Assembly: GCF_006345805.1 (NCBI RefSeq)
Contig: NC_043007.1
Coordinates: 27,466,001 to 27,530,000 of the forward strand
Direction of reading: 5' to 3'
Length of the DNA: 64,000 nt
Origin: Octopus sinensis
Lineage: Eukaryota
Of the stretch, positions 12,233 through 24,626 are shown one piece after another. How positions within the stretch are numbered: the first letter of the stretch is position 1; each line of letters begins with the position of its first letter. Both the position numbers and the translations under genes were made by a program. Below the pieces are notes generated by a model. It searched no databases. It saw nothing but the letters and a program-made list of their open reading frames with translations, and was not told where the DNA came from.

Positions 12233-12480
12233 TATATTTTTTAAATGTCTTACTTTGAAAAATTGCATTCGGTGGGATTAGTAATATTTTTGGTAGAAAT
12301 GACTAACTGTCCCTCTTAGCGTGTGGCATGTATGTATAATGCCATCTGGCATGTATGTATAATGCCCTCTATATATAAATATATATATATTAGTCAATTT
12401 AGGGTAGCAAAAAAATTCAATAGAAATTTATCGCTACCAGCGGCCTGGTGGAAAAGAGAAATAGTCAACGACTAAATATA

Positions 12481-12755
12481 TATATAACAATTTAGGAGTG
12501 ACCCTATATTTGTCTCTCCCAGGTTTTTTTAACTGATGAAGTGTAACCTATGTAGTTGGCTAATTTTAATTTAATTAAGCTAATTTAATCATTAATGACA
12601 CAGAAACGTTGCAAACGTCTAAAAGATGAATTGGGGTAAATGTTTTTAAATTTTCACCTAATTTCTGAATTACTACTACTTGGCGGTGTGATTATGGCTG
12701 CTCTTTCTTCTGTTGACGAATGACCTGTTAGGGTCACTCCTAATTGTTTATATAT
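12481..12755. mobile_element. Short element with about 25-bp inverted termini between (TA)n tracts; degenerate hammerhead-like core 12533-12610
   Basis: ACAATTTAGGAGTGACCCTA / TAGGGTCACTCCTAATTGT termini. Internal CTGATGA A GTGT...ACAC A GAAA CG TT, with helix I not pairing. Confidence 0.55.
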
Positions 12756-12786
12756 ATATATTAATATATATAATATAATTATATAT

Positions 12787-13072
12787 ATATAAGAAATAGT
12801 AAAGTGTGAAACAACGACAGAAGGCTTAAATGTTTAAAAATTATATATTTGTGTCAAATTGTCTGGAAATATTGGAAAAATTTTTTCTCCTTTCCTTAAA
12901 ATGACATGCTACACTCGAAACCGGTACTTTCTTTAAAATTTTTAAATTATGTCATTTTAAGGAAAGGAACAAAAATTTTCCAATATTCTCCCAGACATTT
13001 GACACAAATATCTATATTTTTTAAATTTAAGCCTTCTGTCGTTTTTTTTCACGACTTTACTATTTCTTATAT
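12787..13072. mobile_element. Diverged foldback (arms about 120 bp) with hammerhead 3' half in the spacer
   Basis: Arms 12787-12907 and 12949-13072. The spacer contains CGAAACCGGTAC (12916-12927). Confidence 0.75.
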
Positions 13073-13122
13073 TTCACCCACGTGCTTTACCAAACAAACT
13101 TTCTTATATATATATATATATA

Positions 13123-13169
<47 letters not shown>

Positions 13170-13388
13170 CTGCCTCTTCCTTCTCTCTTTATCTTTACGT
13201 TCTCCTCCCCCCCCCCATTCACTAGTTTCTATCAAACTTTCTCTCTATAGTATTTATATTTTATCAACTACCATAACACCATCAATGAACAAGTGTGTAT
13301 CATATCTGCACAAGCGCAAATATGACTCTGATTTTAGCAATTGTTATGTTACACTCTACGAATTATATATATATACATATATATATAT

Positions 13389-13611
13389 ACCGGAGTAAAC
13401 ACATAAATGTGAAACAAGGTGGAAAAAAGAGTACTCAAATACCAGTGGTAGAGTAATATGCTTTATTTTAAGCAGCAGAAAATTCAACAAAATCTGTTAC
13501 TCTGAGTTTCTCGTTGCCGTTCATCAGACAGTTTTTGCTAGAACTGTATGATGAACGGCAACGAGAAACTCAGAGTAACAGATTTTGTTGAATTATCTGC
13601 TGCTTAAAATA

Positions 13612-13612
<1 letters not shown>
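13389..13612. mobile_element. PLE-like foldback with paired hammerhead motifs
   Basis: Arms about 13463-13533 and 13542-13612. Minus strand 13494-13531 reads ctgt CTGATGA acg gcaa cga GAAA ctc a gag TA acag. The plus copy at 13544-13581 has C3A. Confidence 0.85.
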
Positions 13613-13672
<60 letters not shown>

Positions 13673-14207
13673 CATATATCTATATACACATATATCCATA
13701 TATATGTACACATACACACACACGTATATATATATACATATACGTCTATATATATATTTAGGTATGTTTATCTTTGTGTCTTTATTTCTCCCCCATACCT
13801 TGGAGGTTAAGTAATAGAGTATCAATGAATGAGTACTAGGCTTAAAGAAAAATAGTGGGGTCGATTCCTTCGACTGCAACGCTTCAAGGAGTTGGTCCAA
13901 CATGAAGTAAGCGATACATGATAAGAGATAAGAGTGTTGTAGGTGTACATGTAAAAGCTTATTCCAAACTACTACAATTGTGAGTGTGAAGCTATCTTCT
14001 TATAGCAGCAACGCAACAAAACGCTTTTTGTTGGACTCATAAAAGTATACCGGAATGAAAGTAATTCAAAACAGCTTCATCCACACACACACACACACAA
14101 CACACACACATAAATTTATATGTATGTATATATATATATATATACACACATATATATATATATGTATATATATATATGCTATATATATATATATATATTA
14201 TATATAT

Positions 14208-14274
<67 letters not shown>

Positions 14275-14733
14275 GTATATATATATATATAATAAATATA
14301 TATGTATATATATATATGTACTATTATATATTATATATATATTAATATATATATATATATATATAGTATAGTATTATATATGTATCTATATATATCTATA
14401 TATTATAATATATATGTTTAGAAATACTCGGCTGTTGTGGAACTGAGATAAATCGTGTAACCAAATAGATGAAATAATCTCTTTTCGGTGCAGCAAAACT
14501 AGTTTTGAAATCACTGATTACGGCTTCCTTGTTTTTCTCGTAATCCGTGTATATTTTTGCTTTTTATATTCTATGTCTTCCGAGATATAAACCTAAGTCT
14601 GTTAATACATATATAAAATCTGTATGTATCAGTGTGAACAGGAGCAGAAGTAAAACCGTAATTATTTTTGCTGTGCACATTTCCCTCTACCTTTGCGATT
14701 CCTTATAGATATCTCTATGTTTACAAATGAATA

Positions 14734-14764
<31 letters not shown>

Positions 14765-14874
14765 GTTTATTTATTTATATATATACACATACATGTATTT
14801 TATAATGTGTTGTTGCATAATCTGTCACGCACAACGCACGTATCCATACATGTATGCATGTACATACATGCGTG

Positions 14875-14933
<59 letters not shown>

Positions 14934-14976
14934 TATTATATATATATGTATTATATATATATTATAACATATTTAT

Positions 14977-15008
<32 letters not shown>

Positions 15009-15639
15009 GTGTATGTGTGTGTGTGTGTGTGTATATACGTATGCATATATGTATGATTTGATTACAGATAACTGGCATTTACGTGCATGAAATTGCAGAT
15101 CTTAGTACATTGGTACATTGAGATCATTATGATATTACAGGTCCTGTTATTGGTAATGCATCGTATCTATAAGCAAAACAATCGGTTTTGTTAAAAACAA
15201 TCATTTTACAACAAATTCTTATAACGTTCGGAAATATTATATAGATTGTAATTAGCCAACGATAGCTGAAGTTAATCTGTATTTCACAATCTGTATTTAT
15301 TAAACATAAATTTTATTGTATGTCCTGGGAATCGTAATACGAGCGCAACTTACAATGCAGTTTGGCTAAAGTAGTAACAAGTTTATAATCTATGTAAAGA
15401 TGGTCGTACAAACTTAAGGATTTCAAATAAATTGCCAGTTGGTATAGGCTATCTTTTAGCAAATATCTTTTATCTGTTTCAGTCAAGAGACTACGGCCAT
15501 TTTGCCTCACCGACTTCTCACCTTCGGTGAATAAATCATCCTCAGTACTTGTATGTTATTTAAGTTTGGTTCTTCTATATTATTCTTCATAACGGGTTAT
15601 TATGTTATGGGGACTTAGACAGAGCAACAATTATGATAT

Positions 15640-15890
15640 GGGGACTCATCCGTCAACAGAGCGATGACGGGAGACAAACACACACACAAAGGAGAGACAA
15701 ACGCACACACACACATACACAAGCAAATATATATTTATATATACAGAGAGCTTCTTTCAGCGTCTCTTTACTACAAGATTTTGGCCCGCACGTGGCTAAA
15801 ATAGAAGACATTTACGCATTGTACCACGCGGTGAGATTGAACCTAGAACCATGTGCTCAAGAGGCAAACTTCTTAACACACAACCCCATA
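15640..15890 (-). mobile_element. Degenerate SINE family S2
   Basis: Residual match to S2 head and body (GAACCTAGAACCATGTG, TTCTTTCAGCGTC). Confidence 0.55.
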
Positions 15891-16510
15891 ATTCTTATTT
15901 GCTCCTATAATTATTAATTTACGAGTATTATGCGCAAATAAAGTAGCAAAAATTTCTTCTTTCTTTTTTTTTTTTTTTTGGCTTGTTTAATATTTAAGTA
16001 TTGTCCGGTTCGCTTATAAGTATTAATATCATTTCCTGCTGTTTTGTTTGTAGTGAAATTTGTTGAAGAGCTCTGAGATGATAATCGGTTTTCACGCGGA
16101 TTCATTAACATTCAATACAGATGGATATGGAATGCCATGCGGCATTCTGTTATTAAAAAACGGGGAAAAAATGCAAAATCGTTACTAAACTCTTAACCTC
16201 ATGTCATCGGATAGGAAGTGCTGAGGTTACAAAATCGTTTGCATCATGCCCTGTTTTTTTTTTTTAGATAACAAGTATCACTTAAGAACATTGATAAGTA
16301 AAGAATTCCGATTTAATTGTCGTTAGGGAAAACTAATCTGTAGAAATAATCCGAAAGAGCTGAGAAGGTAATATCGTTTCCAAAACCTTCATAATATTTA
16401 AATGCAGTACACTAACTGTTTCACATACAGAAATAGATAATACACATTTCATTAATCCTTCTTTCGACAGGTAGGAAGTTATGTAGAAAGATGACTGCAA
16501 CATCCTGCAG

Positions 16511-16670
16511 GTAACTGTAACGAGTGCAGGATTGTTGGAAATTATATTGATTCAACAATTTTCAAAACATAAAAATACAGAAAAGAGAAATGCAAAAACA
16601 ACAACAAATAAAAGACCACCAACTCTCGAACTACATCTGGAAGTTGAAAGATTATACTATAAAGTTCGTA
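16511..16670 (+). pseudogene. Remnant of a Penelope-like GIY-YIG endonuclease
   Basis: Broken frames give VTVTS..NYIDST.FKT..YRKEKCKN and LSNYIWKLKDYTIKF. These resemble the PLE endonuclease consensus YIG.T...FK.R...H...F..E...N.T.LS.YIW.LK....Y.I.W (recognised from memory). Confidence 0.6.
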
Positions 16671-17659
16671 AGCATTTATAAGTATATGAGAGTCTATTTC
16701 CATGAATATATGTTTCTATGTGCAATACGTATGACAGACAGGCTCACCTATATATATATATATATATATATCTACACGCCCATATGGAAATATATACATA
16801 CATACATACACGCACACACATATATATATATATACGCCAATATGGTTAGGTGAACCTAAGCATCATGTAATTCTTGGCGTTCTGTGTGAATCTGTGATTT
16901 GCCTAATGATATTAAACGAAGCAATGTTACTGTGTCACTGTTATCTCAATAAAGGTTTATCAAATTGATTAATACTAATAGATGTGTTTATATATATTTG
17001 AAAATACATATATCATATCGTATTTACTCGTGACACTGAAGCACATCTTCTCTAATTTATGTGCAGAGCTCAGTGTGAAAGAATTTAACCCAGAGGGATA
17101 CCGCCATAGATTCTCTATTGAACTGTCTACATTTACACAACAGCAGTATAAAGGTGTCCTGTATGAAATGTCGAAATATTTCGACAGGAAACTGTTTTCA
17201 GTGCAGAATAGAATTATGTGAAAGTTAAATGTATAATAAAACGAGGAAACGAGAGAAGAAAAAAAAGAAAACGAATTTGTATGCCTGCAAGAATAATCTT
17301 TTCAATTATTCATATTCCTCTCAAGGATTATACAGTTATTGATCGGAGTTTTTCTGTTTGTGTTCCGACTGTTACACTTGCTTTTATTTATCCATTTAAC
17401 TCGGTTGGCTCCTGACAGTTTTCTCTCTATTTCGTTTATTCATATAGGTATTGTTAGAAATGGCAATAAAGAAACTGAGAGAAGTATGCATATAATATGC
17501 ATAAAGACGGAACATAAGATTAAATTTATAGACAAGCAATGAAAGATGCAGAATCAGGCTTAGAGTTAGGGAAATCTATCTCCCTTTCTTTCTCTCTCTC
17601 TCTGCCCCCTCTTTCTTACTCTGTATATATACACCGCCCCATATATATATATATATATA

Positions 17660-17701
<42 letters not shown>

Positions 17702-17721
17702 TATATAATATATATAATAGG

Positions 17722-17752
<31 letters not shown>

Positions 17753-17846
17753 TATTATATATATAATATATATTAAGACATACATGCGCACGCACTCACG
17801 CACACAATCTCACATAAACACAACACAACCAACACACACACACAAC

Positions 17847-17884
<38 letters not shown>

Positions 17885-18239
17885 CGCACACAAACACATA
17901 TATTGATAGGATGAGTGGGTGCCTTTGATTAGAATGTGATCCCTGCCTTATTTTCCAACATTTTGGTCTATCTACCTCAGTGTTTTTCCTCGATTTGTCA
18001 TTTTTGTGTCTACATATATACGCGCGCACACTCGCACACCCACGCACACACCTATTGGAATGCCTGTGATGAAGAATTCGTTATTATTTCTCTACACTAT
18101 TGTCATTAGCTTACATTCTATAATCCCGGCGTCTAAGGCATTGTATACTTGCAGATTTCTTCGGAATGTCAATCATTTGAAGATCTGATCCCTTTACTGA
18201 ATCCAGTTTTCACATAAATTTGGAATACTTACTGAATCA

Positions 18240-18662
18240 TTCATTTTTAATCTAGGCACAAGGTCAGAAATTTTGAGGGAGTGGGAGCAATCGATTACAT
18301 CGACTCCAGTACGCAACTGGTACTTAATTTATCAACCCTGAAAGGATGAAAAGAAAAGTTGACCTCGGCGGAATTTGAACTCAGAATGTAAAGAGAGACG
18401 AAACACCACTAAGCATTTCCCCGGCGTGTTAACGTTTTGTATTTCTTTGCTGCTCACAAGGGGCTAAACATAGAGGGAACAAACAAGTACAGTCAAAGGG
18501 ATTAAATCGATTACATCGATCGCAGTGCGTAACTGGTACTTAATTTATCGATCCCCGAAAGGATGAAAGGCAAAGTCAAACTCGGCGGAATTTGAACTCA
18601 GAACGTAACGGCAGATGAAATATGGTTGGGAAGTAAGCTTCTTACCCCACAGCCACTCTGGC
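18240..18662 (-). mobile_element. SINE family S1 dimer, plus a short S2 fragment
   Basis: Two S1 bodies, linker and terminal TGTGCCTAGA tail. Confidence 0.8.
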
Positions 18663-18746
18663 ACCTTTTTTTTCTTTTATACTCCAATAGGCTTTCTGTT
18701 TTTTTTTTTAATTAAATGTCCTCAAATAATGTTCTTTTCTACGGTG

Positions 18747-19072
18747 TGAAGGCGGGTGGCTTAGTGGTTAGGGCTTAGAGTATTTGGTCCATGGTCGTAA
18801 GTTCGCAATTTTGATTCCCACTTGTGAATGTCCTTAAGCAAGGCATTTTATTTCACGTCACTCCAGCTGGAAAAAATATGTTATACTTGTATATGAAAGG
18901 GTCGGCCCTGTCGCATTTTGTGTTACGTTGAATCTCCCCGAGAATTCGTTAAGTGTCCGTGTGTCTGTGTCAGTGCTCAGCCACATGAACATTAATTTCA
19001 CGAACAGGCTATTCGTTGGTCGGATCAACTTGATCTCGCATCGACCTAACCGACCGAATGCCAGCTTTCCTA
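18747..19072 (+). mobile_element. Degenerate tRNA-derived SINE (S3/S4-like)
   Basis: TGGCTTAGTGGTTAG head, TTAAGCAAGGCATTTTATTTCAC box, and 3' part similar to 39800-40165. Confidence 0.7.
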
Positions 19073-19478
19073 CTGTACACGAGCGGATCAGAGACTAACA
19101 TACGTCATCATTCGTCAGATTTGTTCTAAATGATTCGAGATTCCCTCTGCTATACAACAAATGGTCACATATAGCAGATTTCTCAGTCTCCCTACGGATT
19201 AATTTTAGGGAAAGAGGTACCATCTTTTTTGTCACCTTAGTAATTGATAAACGAATATAGGAATACCGACAGATATTGTCCATGCGCTTTTTGGCGAAAC
19301 AAGTTCTTCGAGAAAATTATATCCTCGGGGCAATATTGAATGTAATCATTGATTAAGTATTTTACCTTATGGATTACCTGGTGGATCTCAACTATAAACT
19401 CACTTTAATGCAGCGAGAAAACGAAGAAAATTTTGTATAACTATGCGAGAAATCTCTCTTTAAATAGACAACGAATGA

Positions 19479-19915
19479 GAACAATCTGGTTTAGTCGATC
19501 GATTAACGATTTCAGTTCCGGATTTGTATAACGGTTTCAAACAAGACAGTTACGGAACGATAGCTTGGGTATTAGGCAGTGTTAACATTAGCGATCAAAA
19601 CAAAGATGCTGTGGATAATAGTCCGAATATAACAGACGTATATTATGGATAACTTCTCAGTTTAGAAATTCAACTACATCTAACGGATCGTTACACATTA
19701 GATATGGCCACAATTACAAATTGATCACAAAGCATACATACGGCAGTCGAATTCTTTCACTTCATTCTATATATATTCAAGGATCGGAAGCTTCTTCCGT
19801 TGAGTTTAATGATCAAAAACAGTATTTTGTTGCGAAGGAGATCACAGGAAGTGTAAAAGTTCGTGGTATCCTTTCGGATGGATGTCCTTATATCACTGGA
19901 TTACATGTCAGTTAA
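19479..19915 (+). pseudogene. Candidate coding segment broken by one frameshift near 19640; product unknown
   Basis: Open frame 19479-19649 (..VPDLYNGFKQDSYGTIAWVLGSVNISDQ..NITDV) overlaps open frame 19622-19915 (LWITSQFRNSTTSNGSLHIRYG..GCPYITGLHVS*). The sequence is non-repetitive and protein-like. Confidence 0.3.
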
Positions 19916-20779
19916 AATGAGAAATGATGCGACAGAGAAAAGAACACTTTCTTGTAAATAGAGACGAAAGGAATACCAAAATGACTTTTATCTTGTATCT
20001 CTTACAGTCACTGGATTGCTGTCATACTGGAGCAATACCTGGAATGGTTTTATTGGAAATAGATGAGCTCCAGTACATTTTTTAAAGTTTGGCATTTATT
20101 ACAGCGGTTTCTTTTGATGAAACTCTATGTTACAAGGATGTAATTAAATACACAAATACACATACAAAACGTTGGTCGGTCTAAGGCAATATTACAAGAC
20201 ATTTGCTCAAAGTGACTCGCTATTGGACTAAATCCAAAATGCTGTGGTTGCCAAAGAGATTTCAGATTTTTTTTCCTTCTGTACAGCGGATGTTTAATAA
20301 TATCGTCACCACCATTCACGATTCAGTTCAGCATTGGTGTCAGTTTCGCACCATTAATTCTCTTATATTGCGATATTTGATAATGATATTTTAATATAAT
20401 CTGACAGTGGTGAAATGCTTTAGAGATTTCCCGAAAATTAACACCATTTATGTTTCCGGCAAAGGCTTTCAGCAATCGTTTCTAAATATTTCAATTATCG
20501 TACAGTATATGTATATTTGTAAATCATTACGAATAGATTTCCTCTCTAAGAACAAAACCAAATATTCCGTTTCATAAATTCTTACAAATCTTCGGTATCT
20601 CACTCAAATATTCCTTAATGTTTTTCCATAATCGGTACAAGGTCTTTGTCATCTTACTCTAAGAGGAAAATTTCTGATCAAAGTGATTTTCATATATCTC
20701 ATTCAATATATATCAGTAATTAATTGAATTATATAATCTTTTCCAAAGCTCCACCTGCATTAATATATATATATATATA

Positions 20780-20820
<41 letters not shown>

Positions 20821-20871
20821 CGTGTGTGTGTGTGTTATAATTTAGAACAAACACGAAAACTGTTGACATTA

Positions 20872-20928
20872 TACTACTCGGAGTTTCAAATGTCAGAGCG
20901 AAGAGCTACGATACATTCTCGTCGGCTA
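20872..20928 (-). ncRNA. Type I hammerhead-like motif with U4C core and extended helix II
   Basis: Minus strand reads tag CCGACGA gaatgt...acattt GAAA ctc c gag TA gta. Helix I has a mismatch next to the core. Confidence 0.5.
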
Positions 20929-21364
20929 ATAATGGCAACAAGCGCTATGAAAAATCGTTAAATATAAAAGGAAGTAAATCTAGTAGGGGTAAAGATACAA
21001 AAAAATAAACGCAACTATATTCTCACAATACATAGACATAAAACCTCCTGCGTTCACAACGTCTACATACGGATACACACACACACACACACAAGCATAT
21101 ATATATGTACATACTACTACATACACACATATCCACACGCACCCGTACATATTCATATGCTTACACATAGGTGTTCAGATATGCATATAAATGTATGGCC
21201 AGATAACCGAAGAGATGGTGTTGTGGATTTTCACCTCGGCATCCGAAACTCATCCGACACTATCTTGGCTACCGAATAATTGTCACATATTATTTTACAG
21301 ATAAATTCCTCTATTTACATAATATCGAGGTCTCTTTCTTTCTTTTGTTATCTTGCCGTTTTTA

Positions 21365-21406
<42 letters not shown>

Positions 21407-21408
<2 letters not shown>

Positions 21409-21813
21409 CGCAGGAGTGGCTGTGTGGTAAGTAGCTTGCTAACCAACCACACGGTTCCGGGTTCAGTCCCAGTGCGTGGCATCTTGGGCAAGTGTCTTGT
21501 GCTATAGCCCCTGGCAGACCAATGCCTTGTGAGTGGATTTGGCAGACGGAAACTGAAAGAAGCCTGTCGTATATATGTATATATATATATGTATGTGTGT
21601 GTGTGTGTCTGTGTTTGTCTCCCTAGCATTGCTTGACAACCGATGCTGGTGTGTTTACGTCCACGTCACTTAGCGGTTCGGCAAAAGAGACCGATATAAT
21701 AAGTACTGGGCTTACAAAGAATAAGACCCGTGGTGGTCGATTTGCTCGACTAAAGGCGGTGCTCCAGCATGGCTGCAGTCAAATAACTGAAAAAAGTAAA
21801 CGAGTAAAGAGTA
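21407..21813 (+). mobile_element. SINE family S2, full length with internal (TA)n(TG)n
   Basis: GGCGCAGGAGTGGCTGTGTGG..GGTTCAGTCCC head, CTTGGGCAAGTGTCTT box, tail ..GGCGGTGCTCCAGCATGG.. Confidence 0.9.
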
Positions 21814-22545
21814 TATCTGGGTGTGTCGGAAAAGGGGGTGTCGGTGTGGTGTGTGGGTGTAGACATATTATACAATTAGTGACTCACAAATTATACTCAA
21901 AGCAATCGGTGGGCAGGATTCTTCGATAAAAGGAAGGTAGATGATGGCCCGTTCGGTTTAATTCTATCAGTTCACTTATTCATAAATGTATAAGAATTTG
22001 CCAGAATTTATTATAATCCTTGTAATAATGATTTATGCTTACATACATACACACACATACAGATACACACACACACAAATACATACATACATATATATTT
22101 ATATATATGTATGCGTATTTTATTTATACATCAATACATTTTTGCTTTACTCTGAATATTATATTAAAATTTATTCAGTTTTTGAAAAACATTTAATTTT
22201 TCTATGCTTTTTACATGATATTATATACATATGTATTGTTTTAATATACGATTTAAACATGTTTTTTTTTCTGTAATAAAAGATATAATTCTTTATTTCT
22301 TTATGATTTTCACGTATTGATTATTTACATATAAATCAATCTTATTTTTATCATATTTCAAGTATTCACTAACGCTCTTCTCATAATTACCTTCCCGTTT
22401 ATTTATATCAATATATTTCTTTTAAATATTGAATCTTTATATTTATAGATTTAAACAATTATCCATGTGTGTATTGTATTAGTATTATTGTTTGAAACTA
22501 TTCATAAATTTATGATTTTTGGATATTGTAACAAATTATTACCAT

Positions 22546-22742
22546 AGATGCAGAAGTGGCTGTGTGGCAAGTAGCTTGCTTACCAACCACATGGCTCCGG
22601 ATGCATTCCCACTGCTTGGCAACTTGGGCAAGTGTCTTCTACTATAGCCTCGGGCCGACCAAAGTCTTGTCAGTGGATTTGGCTGAGGAAAACTGGAAGA
22701 AGCCCGTCGTATATATGTATAATATATATATATATATATATA

Positions 22743-22774
<32 letters not shown>

Positions 22775-23177
22775 GGCGCAGGAGTGGCTGTGTGGTAAGT
22801 AGCTTGCTTACCAACCACATGGTTCAGGGTTCAGTCCCACTTGGCAAATGTCTTCTGCTATAGCCCCGGGCCGACCAATGCCTTGTGAGTGGATTTGGTA
22901 GACGGAAATTGAAAGAAACCTGTCGTATATATGTATATATATATGTATATGTATGTGTGTGTATATATTTGTGTGTCTGTGTTTGTCTCCCTAGCATTGT
23001 TTGACAACCGATGCTGGTGTGTTTACGTCCCCGTCACTTAGCGGTTCGGCAAAAGAAACCGATAGAATAAGTACTGGGCTTATAAAGAATAAGTCCCGGG
23101 GTCGATTTGCTCGACTAAAGGCGGTGCTCCAGCATGGCCGCAGTCAAAATGACTGAAACAAGTAAAAGAGTAAAAGA

Positions 23178-23180
<3 letters not shown>
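22546..23180 (+). mobile_element. SINE family S2: 5' partial copy (22546-22720) followed by a full copy (22776-23180)
   Basis: Same head, box and tail as 21407-21813. Confidence 0.9.
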
Positions 23181-23228
<48 letters not shown>

Positions 23229-23564
23229 TAGTGTATATATATATGTGCGTAGGTGGACTGTACATGCAAATATGAATAAATATATGCATAGGCAGGTGTT
23301 ACTATAAACACACACGCATATACGTAGATAAAATGCATATACATATATACGTAAATTGATAAATTTTCAATATACATATCTACACATAAATAAATGCAAG
23401 ATAATGATGGTATACTCGGTTATTTGTGAGTGAACATGTGCATATCCATGCATGTATTACAATGAAATTAACAGCATACATGCACTATCTAATGCAACCG
23501 TCTGCAAGCACTTCTATACGCACGCGCGCACCCGCATATATGCATGTGTCGCCATCATAGATCG

Positions 23565-23720
23565 CTAACCACTACACATTATTTTCTTTCCTTGTTTCAT
23601 TCTGTGTTCCTTTCTGTGGAAGAGTGTAAGCTCGAAATATTAAAGACTTTTTCACTTCCCGAACGTTAGACTAATACATCTGTTTGTAGTCTACACCACA
23701 TGTCTTCGTCTTTTGTTTTG
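23565..23720 (+). mobile_element. PLE-like module family B; hammerhead-like motif 23610-23645
   Basis: cttt CTGTGGA A GAGT gtaa GCTC GAAA TA T T aaag. Confidence 0.7.
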
Positions 23721-23739
23721 TGAATTCTCCCTATATGCA

Positions 23740-23813
<74 letters not shown>

Positions 23814-24581
23814 CCTGTGTGTGTGTGTGTGTGTGTTCACATACATACCTGAAACATATACGTATGTATAAATGTTTGTGCATATTTGTCATTAAACCGG
23901 CGCGACCAGACTTTCATGTAATCTGACATCATTTATTTAAAACTACAATTGAAAATAGTGTTTAATACTCTCTTTAAACAGTTCTCTATTTATGTGAGAT
24001 TAGTTTCCACATATCTCCTAAACAATATATTCACTTTAATTTCTTTAAAAGAATTCGCCATACATTATTCATATCAACATTTCAGATCGTATATATTTTT
24101 CTTTTGTAGATGTTCGGCTTAAGAACAAATATTAATCTACAGGCCTTTCCAGGTATCTCTATAAATTTTTATGCTGCAATTTTCGTAATATTTCTGTAAT
24201 ATTTTGCAATCATTGTTTAGCATGTAAAATAAAATAATTATCAATTACTTCCTTCTGAGATTTTTTCCTCCATTTAATGAGAATACATAAAACCAACTAG
24301 TACATAATCTAGCAGTCGTTATCTACGATTCGTTATCTCTGGATATATAGATACATACGTACATATATACATATATGCGTACGTACATGCTGTGTATCAT
24401 CGGTTTAACAAGCGCACCAATTCAACCACATATTTAAACACACCAGAATCTTTCTTTACTCAAAAAGTTTTGTCACTTTGTTAACGAGCGACTTGAACTC
24501 TCCAAAGTAAATCGTAAATAAATCTAGAAGAAAAATATACATATGTACATACATCCATACATATATTCATTTCACTCTTTC

Positions 24582-24626
<45 letters not shown>

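Larger units (their letters stand above)
11781..12380. mobile_element. Near-perfect 262-bp inverted repeat (foldback), PLE-like
   Basis: Arms 11781-12042 and 12119-12380 with a 76-bp spacer and three mismatches seen by eye. Each arm carries a hammerhead motif. Confidence 0.9.

Noticed and set aside
16471-16510. 40-nt micro-exon with good acceptor and CAG|GTAACT donor
   Set aside because: It runs directly into the PLE endonuclease remnant, and no partner exon could be identified.
21205-21270. CCGAAGA GATG..CATC C GAAA hammerhead-like string
   Set aside because: Helix III and the NUH triplet cannot be formed.
24110-24152. Splice-bounded micro-exon candidates (also donors at 6611, 38735, 43834)
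   Set aside because: Such signals are frequent by chance in AT-rich DNA, and no consistent multi-exon frame was found.
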